Positions 20,371 to 30,654 of a stretch of 64,000 bases of DNA are shown here, piece by piece. Both the position numbers and the translations under genes were made by a program. Every line of letters starts with the position of its first letter. Position 1 is the stretch's first letter. The notes beneath the pieces are model-generated. The model was not told where the DNA came from. It saw only the letters and a list, made by a program, of their open reading frames with translations, and ran no database searches. The stretch comes from an uncultured bacterium (GTDB lineage: Bacteria; JAGOEH01), in contig CAZWDO010000012.1 of NCBI GenBank assembly GCA_964632485.1, positions 1-64,000 of the forward strand, given 5' to 3'.

Positions 20371-22167
20371 ATGAAATTATTGGATTTGTCTTTTCGCCAT
20401 TCGGTGGCAATTTTTATATTCTTGCTTTTAGCTTTTTTTCTTTCGACAAACTATCTGATGATAAAACCCGATTCCTATCAACCCCTCCTTCAGCGGTTAG
20501 TTTTTTTGTTCAATGGGCTACTGCTTTTTTTTGTTCTCTGGTTTCATGAAGAAAAAGCGGATAAGCGCATTGAAAAAGGGTTTTTAGTGATTGCCGGAGT
20601 GTTATTTTTTGTGATTTATTTATTAAATTTTTCTCCATTTTTGGCGATTGGGATGGATTCCGGAACTTATCTAACCCTGGCGAAATCGATGGGTGATGGG
20701 CAGGGGTTTCAAATGATTAATGGTCCAACACCCCAACCCCATGTCCTGTACGGATTTGGCTACCCATTGATTTTGACGTTAGCATATTGGATTGGGGGAT
20801 TGAATTTTCCTTTTTTAAATGCGTTGAATGGACTTTTTTTTGCTCTTTTCCTTTGGGGTCTTTATGAATATTTTAAAAACCGAAAACTGCCGATTAAATA
20901 TGTGTGGCTAATTTTGTTGGTTACCGGCACGCATTCTATGATGCATTTTTATGGTTCGATAATAATGACTGAAGCCGTTTTTATGGCGTTATCTATTGGG
21001 ATTTTTATTACTCTGGAGCGATATGAGCATTCACATGAAATGTTTAACCGCTGGTTCTGGGCTCTGCTTTTATTATTAGTCTATGCTTATATGGTAAAAG
21101 CCGTAGCTTTAGGCGCCCTGGCGGCAGTTTTCTTTCATCTCGTTCTCCGCAAACAATCGAAACGGGCTTGGATTCTGATTGGATTGTTTGTACTGCTCTC
21201 ACTTCCCTGGGTCATTCGCTGTATGATGATTGATAATCCGGATTCACCGACCTATATGACCTATTTCAGCAAATTCTTTACTTCTACAGCAGATACAACT
21301 ACCCTGAATGCCGGGGTAGAAATGACTGACTACTATCGCCAGTCTCTTTTAAATTTTAAATGGGATTATCTGCGTACCGCCAGTTTGATATTTTTCTATG
21401 GAGAACCCTTTCGTGGCTTTCCGTTCATCAATCTGATCATTCTGGTGTTGATTTTGTCGGTAGTTTTATATACGTTCAGGAATCGCGATTTTATGGGGTT
21501 TTATGTCATCATGCTTTCATTTGCGGGGATATTGCAATCCGGATTTCATCGTTATTATATTGTTCTTTTTCCTTTTTTTGTGTATATCATGCTGGATTGC
21601 GCGTTATGGATACGAAAAAGGGAGAAGAATTTTGCAGGGCCCCTGGCGCTGTATTTTTTCTTTGCCATTATGATCGTTTTTACGTTTAGTAATTTTTCCA
21701 GTTTAAGCATGCGCATCAATTTAATGCGAACTTATGGTTTGAATCCCCCGGAATTGCCATTTGCCCAACTGGGTGAGGATTGCCGGAATATTTTACCGTC
21801 AGGTAGTGTCATCGCTGCCCGAAAAGCGCCGGAATTTTTTTTATTAAGCGGGTATCATTGTGTTTATAATATCCCGCTGAATATCATGGCGCCATCACAG
21901 TATGATCCAAAATTTTACCTGGCGCTTTTTGAAAATTTTATAAAAAGCCCGGCTGAGTATCTGGTTGTTGATCAAATGCGCCGGGAATCGGTTGAATATT
22001 GGGGCAGTATAGTCAAAGCCAAACCTGAAATTTTCGTGCCAGTTAAAATGGCTGCTGATAAATTTACCGGTCTATATAAAGTCAATCGTGAGGGTATGAA
22101 GAATTTGGCTGTTGAAATTGCGCAACTATTGGAAGAAGAGAAAGCTAAAACTGGCGGAGAAAACTGA
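20371..22167 (+). CDS. Polytopic GT-C fold glycosyltransferase (ArnT/PMT-like)
   Basis: Many TM helices; first-loop DSGTYLTLAKS...GYPLIL; MTEAVF; RYYIVLFPF; C-terminal soluble domain. Confidence 0.7.
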   Translation: MKLLDLSFRHSVAIFIFLLLAFFLSTNYLMIKPDSYQPLLQRLVFLFNGLLLFFVLWFHEEKADKRIEKGFLVIAGVLFFVIYLLNFSPFLAIGMDSGTYLTLAKSMGDGQGFQMINGPTPQPHVLYGFGYPLILTLAYWIGGLNFPFLNALNGLFFALFLWGLYEYFKNRKLPIKYVWLILLVTGTHSMMHFYGSIIMTEAVFMALSIGIFITLERYEHSHEMFNRWFWALLLLLVYAYMVKAVALGALAAVFFHLVLRKQSKRAWILIGLFVLLSLPWVIRCMMIDNPDSPTYMTYFSKFFTSTADTTTLNAGVEMTDYYRQSLLNFKWDYLRTASLIFFYGEPFRGFPFINLIILVLILSVVLYTFRNRDFMGFYVIMLSFAGILQSGFHRYYIVLFPFFVYIMLDCALWIRKREKNFAGPLALYFFFAIMIVFTFSNFSSLSMRINLMRTYGLNPPELPFAQLGEDCRNILPSGSVIAARKAPEFFLLSGYHCVYNIPLNIMAPSQYDPKFYLALFENFIKSPAEYLVVDQMRRESVEYWGSIVKAKPEIFVPVKMAADKFTGLYKVNREGMKNLAVEIAQLLEEEKAKTGGEN

Positions 22168-22217
22168 CTATTAATAGTAGCTGGTTTTCTGTATTTTTGT
22201 TATGCACACGGTTAATT

Positions 22218-23264
22218 TTATTTGAGTATCGTCGGTAACCCTTTATTTTTATAGTTGAGGATGCGCTGAACTGATTCGTCGATGCAGCTTTGCGGAATTT
22301 GACCTTTTATAACCGCATTATGAATAATTTCCAGAGTTTTTTCGGCGATATTTTCATCATATTGTCCCACATTGGAATAAAGCAGGATATTCACCCCGGC
22401 ATTGACTGCCTGGAGCACACTCTCTTTCGGTGTAAAATGATGACCGATCGCTCCCATGTTGAGGTCATCGGATACGATGAGTCCCTGGAAATTAAGTTCA
22501 TGGCGGAGTAAGGATTGAAGAATGGGCGCAGATAAGGATGCCGGATAATGGCAATCGAAGCGTCTATGCATGATATGGGCTGGCAACACCCCGTCCAGCA
22601 GGTTTTCCGTGATCAATACCTTGTATGGTTCTAATTCATCGCTATCCCAGGTTTCGCTGATATCAACCTGATCTAAATGACTGTCGGTTGTGGAACTGCC
22701 GTGGCCGGGAAAATGCTTGCCTAAAGTGAGAACCCCAAATTGGCGCATACATTCCGCGATGATTCGGGCATGACGGATAACAACGGCGGCGTTAGCCGAA
22801 ATTGCCCGTCCGCGGCCTCCAATGACGGGATTGTTCGGGTTCTTGTTTAAATCCAGAACAGGGCTGAAATTAAAATTAATGCCCAATTTTGCTAATAGCG
22901 CCGCCAACCGTGTACTCTGGTCACGTGTGTATTCCAAATTGTCCCGGGTACCAAATTCCTGCGGGGATGGAAAGCGCGGGAATCCATATTTTTCTTTCAA
23001 ACGAATCACTTCCCCACCCTCGGCATCTATGGCAATAAAGAGCGGAATATCTGCCAGGGATTGTAAATCGTGAGTTAATTCGCATACCTGATCGATTGAT
23101 GATATGTTACCCAGTGTTTCTCCCATTGGCGATTCGTTGTCCGTAAGCCAGACATTGCCCAACTTCAGCCGTTCAATCGCTCGGACAATCGGGGTTTTCC
23201 CGTTCAAATGGGTTCCGCGAAATCCGATCATTATCATCTGGGCAATTTTTTCTTCCAAGCGCAT
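22218..23264 (-). CDS. nagZ: GH3 beta-N-acetylhexosaminidase
   Basis: IDAEGGEVIRL, KHFPGHG...DSH, SDDLNMGAI. Confidence 0.88.
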   Translation of the reverse strand: MRLEEKIAQMIMIGFRGTHLNGKTPIVRAIERLKLGNVWLTDNESPMGETLGNISSIDQVCELTHDLQSLADIPLFIAIDAEGGEVIRLKEKYGFPRFPSPQEFGTRDNLEYTRDQSTRLAALLAKLGINFNFSPVLDLNKNPNNPVIGGRGRAISANAAVVIRHARIIAECMRQFGVLTLGKHFPGHGSSTTDSHLDQVDISETWDSDELEPYKVLITENLLDGVLPAHIMHRRFDCHYPASLSAPILQSLLRHELNFQGLIVSDDLNMGAIGHHFTPKESVLQAVNAGVNILLYSNVGQYDENIAEKTLEIIHNAVIKGQIPQSCIDESVQRILNYKNKGLPTILK

Positions 23265-23277
23265 GGACCCTCCTTTT

Positions 23278-26200
23278 CTATTTCAACAGCGCCATTTTCC
23301 GGATTATACTATGTCCCTGTCGATCCCGTAAGCTGTAGAGAAATATACCGGCGGGATAGCCGTTCATATCTAATACTTTTTTCAAAATTGTATTGGGCTG
23401 TAACTCAAATTCTTCTCTCAAAATCTGATTTCCCAAAAGATCATAGATACAAAATATCATCGTTCCACCAATTTTTGAGCTCATTTCGATCAGAGTTGTC
23501 GGATTGAAGGGGTTGGGGTAGTTCTGGCTTAAATAAAGGGGATTCGAGAATGGCAGGTTGGATGATGCTTCTACTGAAACGATAATATTGCTAGCGGCTT
23601 CGGAACTGATATTTCCAGACAGATCAATCGATTTTAACAGGTATTGATATGTTTGATGCGGCTCAACGTCCTCGTCGATTAACCAGTTATTCAAATATTG
23701 ATTGAAGTAAAGAGTTGTTTCGGGAACATCGGGTTGGATGCGCCAGATACTGTAATGTGAAAAATCGGTTTCTGAATTGTTCAACCACTGGATCAGAATA
23801 GCCGATAGAGAATCGACGTATCCGGCGGAGATCCCAGTAGGCGGGGCTGGCGGAGTCAGGTCCGGTTCGGTAAAGGTTTGTGTAAACAATGTGGTTTCTA
23901 TAATAGCTTCTTCTGTTGTCAGCGAATAGATGTGAATACGGTAGTTCGTTCCCGAAGCGAGTTGATTCAATAGCAGATCATGATCTCGCGTTAGTTTTTG
24001 ATCACTAATGATTATCGGGTCTTCCCAAGTTCCGTTATGATCAGCTTGATATTCCGCAAACGAAGAGGATAACTCATTGGTTTCCCAGGCGATTCTGATT
24101 AACTGGTTGTTGCGATAGGTAATAACCGGTAAAGAGGCAAATTGCAATGCGCTGGGTTCCCCGGCGGCGGCGCTGAGGGAATCAATGGAACCTTGATAGA
24201 CTAAGTTGCTGAAATAATCTGCCGACTGGAGTTGATAAAAGAGTGTCACATCTTCCGGCAGGTTGTTCATAACAAGGATATGGTCTCTGATAAGATCGTA
24301 ATTGGCAAAAATGAAGGGAGTATTGAATGGGTAACGGCTCTCGGTGAGAGAACGAGAATCGCAGCCGATATCCGTTTGCCAGGAGAATACTGCGTACTGC
24401 GCGGTATGGAAAGAGGTGACGGCGCTGGTGATTGTGGCATTAACGATGGAACCGCTTTTACGTGTACGAATTTGCAGGGGCAGTTCCGGGCGCTGTTCAT
24501 TACCGCTCAGATCGCTGACTGACGTAAAAATCCGGTAAGATTGTAAGGGTTCCAATCCTCCGATAACCAGTGTTTGCTGCGCTCGATATTCGTCTTTATC
24601 GATCACTTTTAAAAGTTCGTTACTGGTATTGAACAATTCGATTCGATATCGCGCTGCTTCATCTGTTTTCCAATTGATGATGACCAAAGAATCGTAAACT
24701 GTAAGAGGGAGTGGTACTTGTGTAAAAGCAGGAGGTAGAGTGTCACTTTGGGTGTTGGTAGTGAAGCTGTTGTTGCCGCCGCCCGGGGGCTGCAAGCCGG
24801 CTTTGGCCAGCAATGAGGCTTCGCCTTTCCAACTGCCACTATTTCCGGCCGGATCGGAGAATTCAAGTTCGAATTGGTAGCGTGTTCCCGAGTGTAGCTG
24901 AGTAAGAATGAAAGAATGGATTTTCTGAAACGCAGTATGCTGCAAATATTCCGTGTTCATTGTCTGGGGTGTGGGCGTGAGGCTCAAAGTGGCTTGGCAG
25001 GCCTCGTCCACCCCAAAGAGGATTTCCGCCCGGTTGTCGCTCACGGTCGCATAGGGACCCCAAACGACAATGGGTGGAAGCGTATCCGCATTTGACAGGG
25101 TCCGGAATTCATACCGTACTGTTTCAAAATGATAACTGTTATCTGCTTGTTGCCAGTATCCTATGCGGAATTGATAAAGTCGATTCGCTATCAGGTTGGT
25201 TATTGTAAATAAATGGCTAGTATGCGCGCTATCTTCTTTTAGGGTAATACTGTCAGCGGGATTTAAGGTATTTAGGCGTATTGCTCCATGTAGATTATAG
25301 GGTGAGAAAAAACTGATAATGGCCTGGTTTTGGCCAATATACAGGATTTGGGGTTTTTCATATAATCGGTTAGAGTCAAGGGGTTCTTTTGAAAGAGTGG
25401 TAAAGGTGAACGCAGTTGAACTGTCAATAGGCGTTGAATTTAGATAAAAATGAATGCGGTATTCATACTCGGCATGGAGGGCTAATCCGTTCAATTCCGA
25501 GTAATGTTGCAGTGTGTTTCCCCCTGCTGGTAGAATATCCCAGGATGATGGATTTTGGAGGGTTCTTAAGGCTATCTGGCAGGAAATGGGCAGATCGGTT
25601 TGCCAGTCAATGCGGCATGATTGATCGGTCTGGGAAGAAATTACGGGGTATTGCGTGAAACTTGCCGGATAGACCAGGGAAAAGGGAGGTGAACGGAAGA
25701 TTTTGTCGGGGTATTGGATTGAGGCTAATGTCAAATAGACCGTATCGCGCACTACGAGGGGCGTTGTCCAGTCGTAGTACCCAGTATCCTTGAGCGAGTC
25801 ATCGATGAGTATATAAGACAAGCCTTTATCTAAGGAAACGCGTAAAACCAGATCCGAAGTTGGACCCTGGCTTTGCCAACGGATACGATGCATCTGACCC
25901 GCCAACCAGTCTGAACTGTCGCCGGGTTCTACAAACTCAAAAAGAAGAGTGTCGCCGATAGTGAACGCGCTGTCGCTATAATCAAAAACGTTCTCTTCAT
26001 TTCCGGTTTCGGTTATTTTAATATAGGCTTGCTCATAGGCAATGTCCGGCGCGTTCCAGGAGTATTCTGAATTGTCGGCCGGCCATGCAAGTGTGATGGG
26101 TGTACACATGGCGTTACTGTCATTGGAATTACATAAATAAATATTGACTGAATCCATCAAGCCTGTATAGGCCCAACTGATAGTGGATGGTTGATTGCGG

Positions 26201-28371
26201 AAAAGCCATTCGCCGCCATTGGGCTCAAGTACTGTGAGCGTTTTAATTTCATGGATTGCAAACGGCGCGTTGCTTGTATCGAAGTAAACCAGTGTATCGG
26301 GCAGCATGGCGATTTTAATGAAGCAATTGTCGCTATTGACACCAGAAGGCGTCAGCCAGGAGATGGTATCGAGGCTGAGAGCTTGTAGTAATTTATTCCT
26401 TGATTGGATCGCTTGCCAGTTTGTGCCATTATCCAGGGAATAACGATAGATAAGATTGGCGCTATTAGCTTCATAGATCAGCGGACAAGTCGCGCCGGCG
26501 GCCAGAATTTCACCACCATTTGGCGCGATGATCTTCAGATAGGGCGAAACTGTCAGATTAACGGTTACAATAACCGAATCAACGGTTTGATTGTTTGCTC
26601 GGGCGCGGAATATAATACGTTTGACATGGTTGCCGGGTAAAAGATTCTTAGCGTCGTAAGTCAGAATTGTATTGTCCTGGCTGTTCATGCTTAAAATACC
26701 GGATATTTTATTTAACGTCAATCCCGTTTCAATTTCCGCATCCCAGTTCATGCCTGTGTTGCTGTGATTGAACACCGTTAGCACTGCCGCCGTCCGATCG
26801 GCAGAGAGGTCCGTTGAAGTGGGCGTAACTTCAATATCCCAGCGAAGAGGAATGGAAAGACTTACCTGGATTGAAGTTGTTTGCTGCGCCTGCAATGCGT
26901 TGGCGAAATTTTTAATCAGTCCATTCGGATTACTGGCTTCCTGATAATTGACGGTGGCTGTTCCCTGATGGGTCCCCCCGGGAAGACCGGTTGGATCGGC
27001 ATTGATATTCAATTGCGTTTGGTAATCCGGGGAAACCGGGCCGGTTATAGGTGTTCCTGAGAAATCAAGCCAGGAATTGCTGGGGTCAGTAGTGAGGTTG
27101 AGTATTTCAAGAGGAACATTCCCCGTGTTGGTCATTGTGAACCATTGGTCAAGATTGTCTGGATCGGAAAGATTTACCTGATGATAAAACGGGGTAAATT
27201 CCGGATGGGAACTGACCTGCCACAAAATGTTCACATAAGTCGTTTGGCTTGCGCCGTTGATCCAAACAGTTCCTTCATAGGTTCCGGGAGTATAATTTTT
27301 TCGTTGAGGATCGGTCGAGACGGTAACATTTGCGGATTGGCCGGCTTGAAGTGTGGTTGAGACCGGACTGATATTTTGAATCCAGGTATCGGTGGATGAA
27401 AAGCTAAGCGTTACCGGATTGTCCCCTGTGTTAGTAATTGTAAAAATACCTGAGTTGTACGGCTCATTGACTAAAAGTGGGTTGGGATCAATGTTGATTC
27501 CGCTACTTGCCGGGGGTGTATAATTGATAATAAGCTGAGTATAATAGGCGGAGTTATTATTGGGTATATATACATAGGAATATGAGTTCATGGGATTGCC
27601 GTCACTGCAGTAGAGGACGTCATCCTGAGATCGGGTGATGAATTTATTGGTGACGCCGGGAGTGATGGCGTTAGGATTGATAGTTACCTGATGAGGTCCA
27701 TTGGGGACATCGGGATGCTGTTCGGTGGAAAACGATTGTTGCCCGGCCAATAATCCTGATTGGGCGAAATCCTGAGGGTTTACTCCGCTGGTAGCTGAGA
27801 CATTTTCATAAAAATTTAACGTCGTGTTAGCTGTTACGGAAGTTGACCAAAACCTTAAAAAAGCGGAAATAATGGTGGAGCCAAGAGGGATGCCGCTTAG
27901 ATCGAATTGTATTATCCCGCGATAGATGGAGGGACCGGCAGTGGGGGAGCTAAAATAACCGCCGCCGATTTCACTCCCGGTCCATGTATCCGGACAGGGT
28001 ATCTGGCAGGGGTTTTCAGGATTTGATCCGCGGGTTCCGGAATACGATGCGCTTAGGGTAGCGGTGAAGATATCATAGTTTCGAAGCCCTGACAGAGGCG
28101 CATCATTATCAGATGAGTTTTTCCCCGGGCCTCTATTAGCTGAATGCGAGAGAATAACAATAATATTCGAGGGTGCGTGTTCTCTTGCCGTTTTATAATC
28201 CTCTCCGTTAAATACTAATAATGTATCACCCGGCATCGCTACGTCCAGTGCGTTTGTTAAGTGTTCGAAATCGGCATTCCTGTCCTGTGAATCTAATCGG
28301 ATCGTTTCCGCCCAAATTAAATTAAACATACTGTATAGTATGATTCCAAAGATCAAATAAAATTTTTTCAT
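23278..28371 (-). CDS. 1697-aa secreted multi-domain beta-sandwich protein with a T9SS-type C-terminal sorting domain
   Basis: Signal peptide; DNRLRE-like IQFDLSGIP; BACON/Ig-like repeats; PNGGE repeats; FN3-like W.TD repeats; LSQNYPNPFNPTT...RKMALLK. Confidence 0.85.
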   Translation of the reverse strand: MKKFYLIFGIILYSMFNLIWAETIRLDSQDRNADFEHLTNALDVAMPGDTLLVFNGEDYKTAREHAPSNIIVILSHSANRGPGKNSSDNDAPLSGLRNYDIFTATLSASYSGTRGSNPENPCQIPCPDTWTGSEIGGGYFSSPTAGPSIYRGIIQFDLSGIPLGSTIISAFLRFWSTSVTANTTLNFYENVSATSGVNPQDFAQSGLLAGQQSFSTEQHPDVPNGPHQVTINPNAITPGVTNKFITRSQDDVLYCSDGNPMNSYSYVYIPNNNSAYYTQLIINYTPPASSGINIDPNPLLVNEPYNSGIFTITNTGDNPVTLSFSSTDTWIQNISPVSTTLQAGQSANVTVSTDPQRKNYTPGTYEGTVWINGASQTTYVNILWQVSSHPEFTPFYHQVNLSDPDNLDQWFTMTNTGNVPLEILNLTTDPSNSWLDFSGTPITGPVSPDYQTQLNINADPTGLPGGTHQGTATVNYQEASNPNGLIKNFANALQAQQTTSIQVSLSIPLRWDIEVTPTSTDLSADRTAAVLTVFNHSNTGMNWDAEIETGLTLNKISGILSMNSQDNTILTYDAKNLLPGNHVKRIIFRARANNQTVDSVIVTVNLTVSPYLKIIAPNGGEILAAGATCPLIYEANSANLIYRYSLDNGTNWQAIQSRNKLLQALSLDTISWLTPSGVNSDNCFIKIAMLPDTLVYFDTSNAPFAIHEIKTLTVLEPNGGEWLFRNQPSTISWAYTGLMDSVNIYLCNSNDSNAMCTPITLAWPADNSEYSWNAPDIAYEQAYIKITETGNEENVFDYSDSAFTIGDTLLFEFVEPGDSSDWLAGQMHRIRWQSQGPTSDLVLRVSLDKGLSYILIDDSLKDTGYYDWTTPLVVRDTVYLTLASIQYPDKIFRSPPFSLVYPASFTQYPVISSQTDQSCRIDWQTDLPISCQIALRTLQNPSSWDILPAGGNTLQHYSELNGLALHAEYEYRIHFYLNSTPIDSSTAFTFTTLSKEPLDSNRLYEKPQILYIGQNQAIISFFSPYNLHGAIRLNTLNPADSITLKEDSAHTSHLFTITNLIANRLYQFRIGYWQQADNSYHFETVRYEFRTLSNADTLPPIVVWGPYATVSDNRAEILFGVDEACQATLSLTPTPQTMNTEYLQHTAFQKIHSFILTQLHSGTRYQFELEFSDPAGNSGSWKGEASLLAKAGLQPPGGGNNSFTTNTQSDTLPPAFTQVPLPLTVYDSLVIINWKTDEAARYRIELFNTSNELLKVIDKDEYRAQQTLVIGGLEPLQSYRIFTSVSDLSGNEQRPELPLQIRTRKSGSIVNATITSAVTSFHTAQYAVFSWQTDIGCDSRSLTESRYPFNTPFIFANYDLIRDHILVMNNLPEDVTLFYQLQSADYFSNLVYQGSIDSLSAAAGEPSALQFASLPVITYRNNQLIRIAWETNELSSSFAEYQADHNGTWEDPIIISDQKLTRDHDLLLNQLASGTNYRIHIYSLTTEEAIIETTLFTQTFTEPDLTPPAPPTGISAGYVDSLSAILIQWLNNSETDFSHYSIWRIQPDVPETTLYFNQYLNNWLIDEDVEPHQTYQYLLKSIDLSGNISSEAASNIIVSVEASSNLPFSNPLYLSQNYPNPFNPTTLIEMSSKIGGTMIFCIYDLLGNQILREEFELQPNTILKKVLDMNGYPAGIFLYSLRDRQGHSIIRKMALLK

Positions 28372-28405
28372 GATTGGCTCCTTTCCTTATCGGGTATCTA
28401 TTCTT

Positions 28406-28433
28406 AAAGTAATCAAAAAAAAAGAATTGTCAA
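28406..28433 (-). promoter_or_regulatory. Putative sigma-70 promoter of the 1697-aa gene
   Basis: Minus strand TTGACA, 16 nt, TACTTT. Confidence 0.45.
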
Positions 28434-28514
28434 TATTTTTTTACTTTCTATTTTTAGGTTATTGTTTATCGATTTATATTTTTCCGTATCTCGATAGCTG
28501 TTGGAAAGAGCGGC

Positions 28515-29261
28515 TTAAAAGATTCGCCGCCAAATATAGGTTATGAGGCTGGTATGGTAATAATTTAATTTTTTAGTGAATGTCTTGCTACTGGTATTCT
28601 GACGATGAACAGCCTGGATGTGGGGTAAAAAGAAAATTTGCCATCCCTGCCGTTTGAGTCGCAGGCATAATTCAACATCTTCAAAATACATGAAAAAAAA
28701 ATTGGAAAAAAGTTGGGAAGAAAACAGTGTGGATCGTCGAATCATCATTGCAGCTCCGGAAACCCAGCCGGTTGGATGGATTGTACAGGGTAGCCAATTG
28801 TGCATATCGCGTTTTACTATCATCCACTTCAATTTGCGTAAAACTAAATAGGGCAGCGTCGGTAATGCTCCATAGGAAAAGCGCTGAGGCGTCTTTTGTG
28901 GGTCGAGTAGCGCCATCCCGCTGACTGCGCAGCGGCTATGCTTTCGCATGAAGTTCAATTGCCGTTGAATCGCCCTTTCCATGGGAAAACAATCACTATT
29001 GAGCAACAGTAGATACTCGCCATGGGCTTTTTTAAATCCCTGGTTGCAGGCTCTGGCGAAGCCTATATTTTTTTGATTGATAATCAGTTGGGTTTGGTTT
29101 TGTTTGATCCATGGCAATTCTTCGTTTAATTCACCTGATCCGTTATCCACTACGATCAATTCCCAGTTTATTCCTGCTAATTGATGCGCAAGCTGAGGGA
29201 TCAATTGCTGAAGATTATCTAATTGATAATAGTTCACAATAATAATGCTAAGTTTTGGCAT
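28515..29261 (-). CDS. Glycosyltransferase family 2 (WbbL/rhamnosyltransferase-like)
   Basis: LSIIIVNY, VVDNGS, NIGFARACNQG, LLLNSD, FMYFEDVELC. Confidence 0.92.
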   Translation of the reverse strand: MPKLSIIIVNYYQLDNLQQLIPQLAHQLAGINWELIVVDNGSGELNEELPWIKQNQTQLIINQKNIGFARACNQGFKKAHGEYLLLLNSDCFPMERAIQRQLNFMRKHSRCAVSGMALLDPQKTPQRFSYGALPTLPYLVLRKLKWMIVKRDMHNWLPCTIHPTGWVSGAAMMIRRSTLFSSQLFSNFFFMYFEDVELCLRLKRQGWQIFFLPHIQAVHRQNTSSKTFTKKLNYYHTSLITYIWRRIF

Positions 29262-29267
29262 TTTGTA

Positions 29268-30455
29268 TTAAGGGAGTGGATTTAAATCCGGCCGTGAATT
29301 ATTCCATACAGCCCGGGAGTTTTGATATAGCGGTTTTTGGACGACATGAGTATATACCTCAATGGTTTGCTGAATCATTTGATGAACATGAAAATAGTTT
29401 TCACAGCGTATTCTGCCATTTTGGCCTAAATTTTTTCTGAGTTGGGGATGTTCCAAAAGATAATTGACGGTCTGGGCCAGCGCTGAAGAATCATTGGGAG
29501 GGATTACTAACCCCGTTGAATTGTGTTCATTGATCACACTGGTTCCTGTTCCGAGTTCGGTGCTGATAAGGGGTAAGCTGCAGGCCATGGCTTCGAGCAG
29601 AACCATTCCCCATGATTCCGCGCGGTTTATGGAGGGTAGGATAAAAATATCAGCAGCATGCAGGCAGGCTATTTTATCCATTTCCGACAATTCCCCCAGG
29701 AAATGGATACGACGATGAGCGGGACTGCTACGGGCAAGAGAGCGCCAGGTTGACAGTAAGGGCCCATCGCCTACCAGCAGCAGGTGCGAGGAGGAAATCT
29801 GGTCCATTGCCCGGATTAAAATGTCCACGCCCTTATAATGACGCATTTTTCCAATAAATAGCAATAAAGGCATATCTGCGTATTCATGACGATATTGGTG
29901 AGCGCGGGCAGTAATTGCTGGTGTGGCTTTATAGGCTTCCACAGGAATACTAATCGGGATGACAACACATTTATTGCTATAGGGCTGCAGTTGAAGAGAT
30001 GTATCGATATAAGCTTGCGAGGAAACGATAATCTGATGGGCCTTTTTTAATATCTGCCGAAGAAAGGGACGGTAAAGGCGGCCGGAAATGCGTTGGCGGA
30101 CAATATCCGCATGGTATGTAATTACAAGGGGTTTTTGGTAGGCTGAAATCAAATATGCCAGGTCTGCCGGAGGGTAGGGTATATTTAAATGGATGAGATC
30201 GCTTTCTCGCGCCAATTGTTCGAAAATCCTGAAAAATGGGAGGCTCAAGGGCGCAGAGGAGATATGTCCCCAATGACCCGCTTTATATATGCTTATATGG
30301 GGCTGCTGTTCTTCCCGTGTTGTATGCTTATCCCAGGTTGTCAAAATGTCAACATCAATACCCGTCTGAGTCAGTCCGGTCGTTAGCAGTGAAAGATAAC
30401 GTTCCACGCCACCTATCACTGGGGGAAAATTTTTATATACCAGTAAAATCCGCAT
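29268..30455 (-). CDS. Glycosyltransferase family 4
   Basis: GGVERY, YHADIV, LPSINRAESWGMVLLEAMA. Confidence 0.93.
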   Translation of the reverse strand: MRILLVYKNFPPVIGGVERYLSLLTTGLTQTGIDVDILTTWDKHTTREEQQPHISIYKAGHWGHISSAPLSLPFFRIFEQLARESDLIHLNIPYPPADLAYLISAYQKPLVITYHADIVRQRISGRLYRPFLRQILKKAHQIIVSSQAYIDTSLQLQPYSNKCVVIPISIPVEAYKATPAITARAHQYRHEYADMPLLLFIGKMRHYKGVDILIRAMDQISSSHLLLVGDGPLLSTWRSLARSSPAHRRIHFLGELSEMDKIACLHAADIFILPSINRAESWGMVLLEAMACSLPLISTELGTGTSVINEHNSTGLVIPPNDSSALAQTVNYLLEHPQLRKNLGQNGRIRCENYFHVHQMIQQTIEVYTHVVQKPLYQNSRAVWNNSRPDLNPLP

Positions 30456-30654
30456 TTTTTCCTTTCAAAAAAACTTAACTAAAAATAAGTCAATGATCAA
30501 AAAAAAACAACTTATTTTTTAAAATGTCTCGAAATAGGAGTCAATTTACACTGTTTTTTTATCTCTGGATAAAATAACTCCATCCCGGATTAATCATGAG
30601 TAAACCAATTGATGAACTGAACGAGCGAAGCGATCATGATTTTTTCGGCTATGA

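Noticed and set aside
28388-28415. CCCGATAA upstream of the 1697-aa gene as a second sigma-28 promoter
   Set aside because: There is no TAAA at the right spacing, and a TTGACA-based promoter fits better
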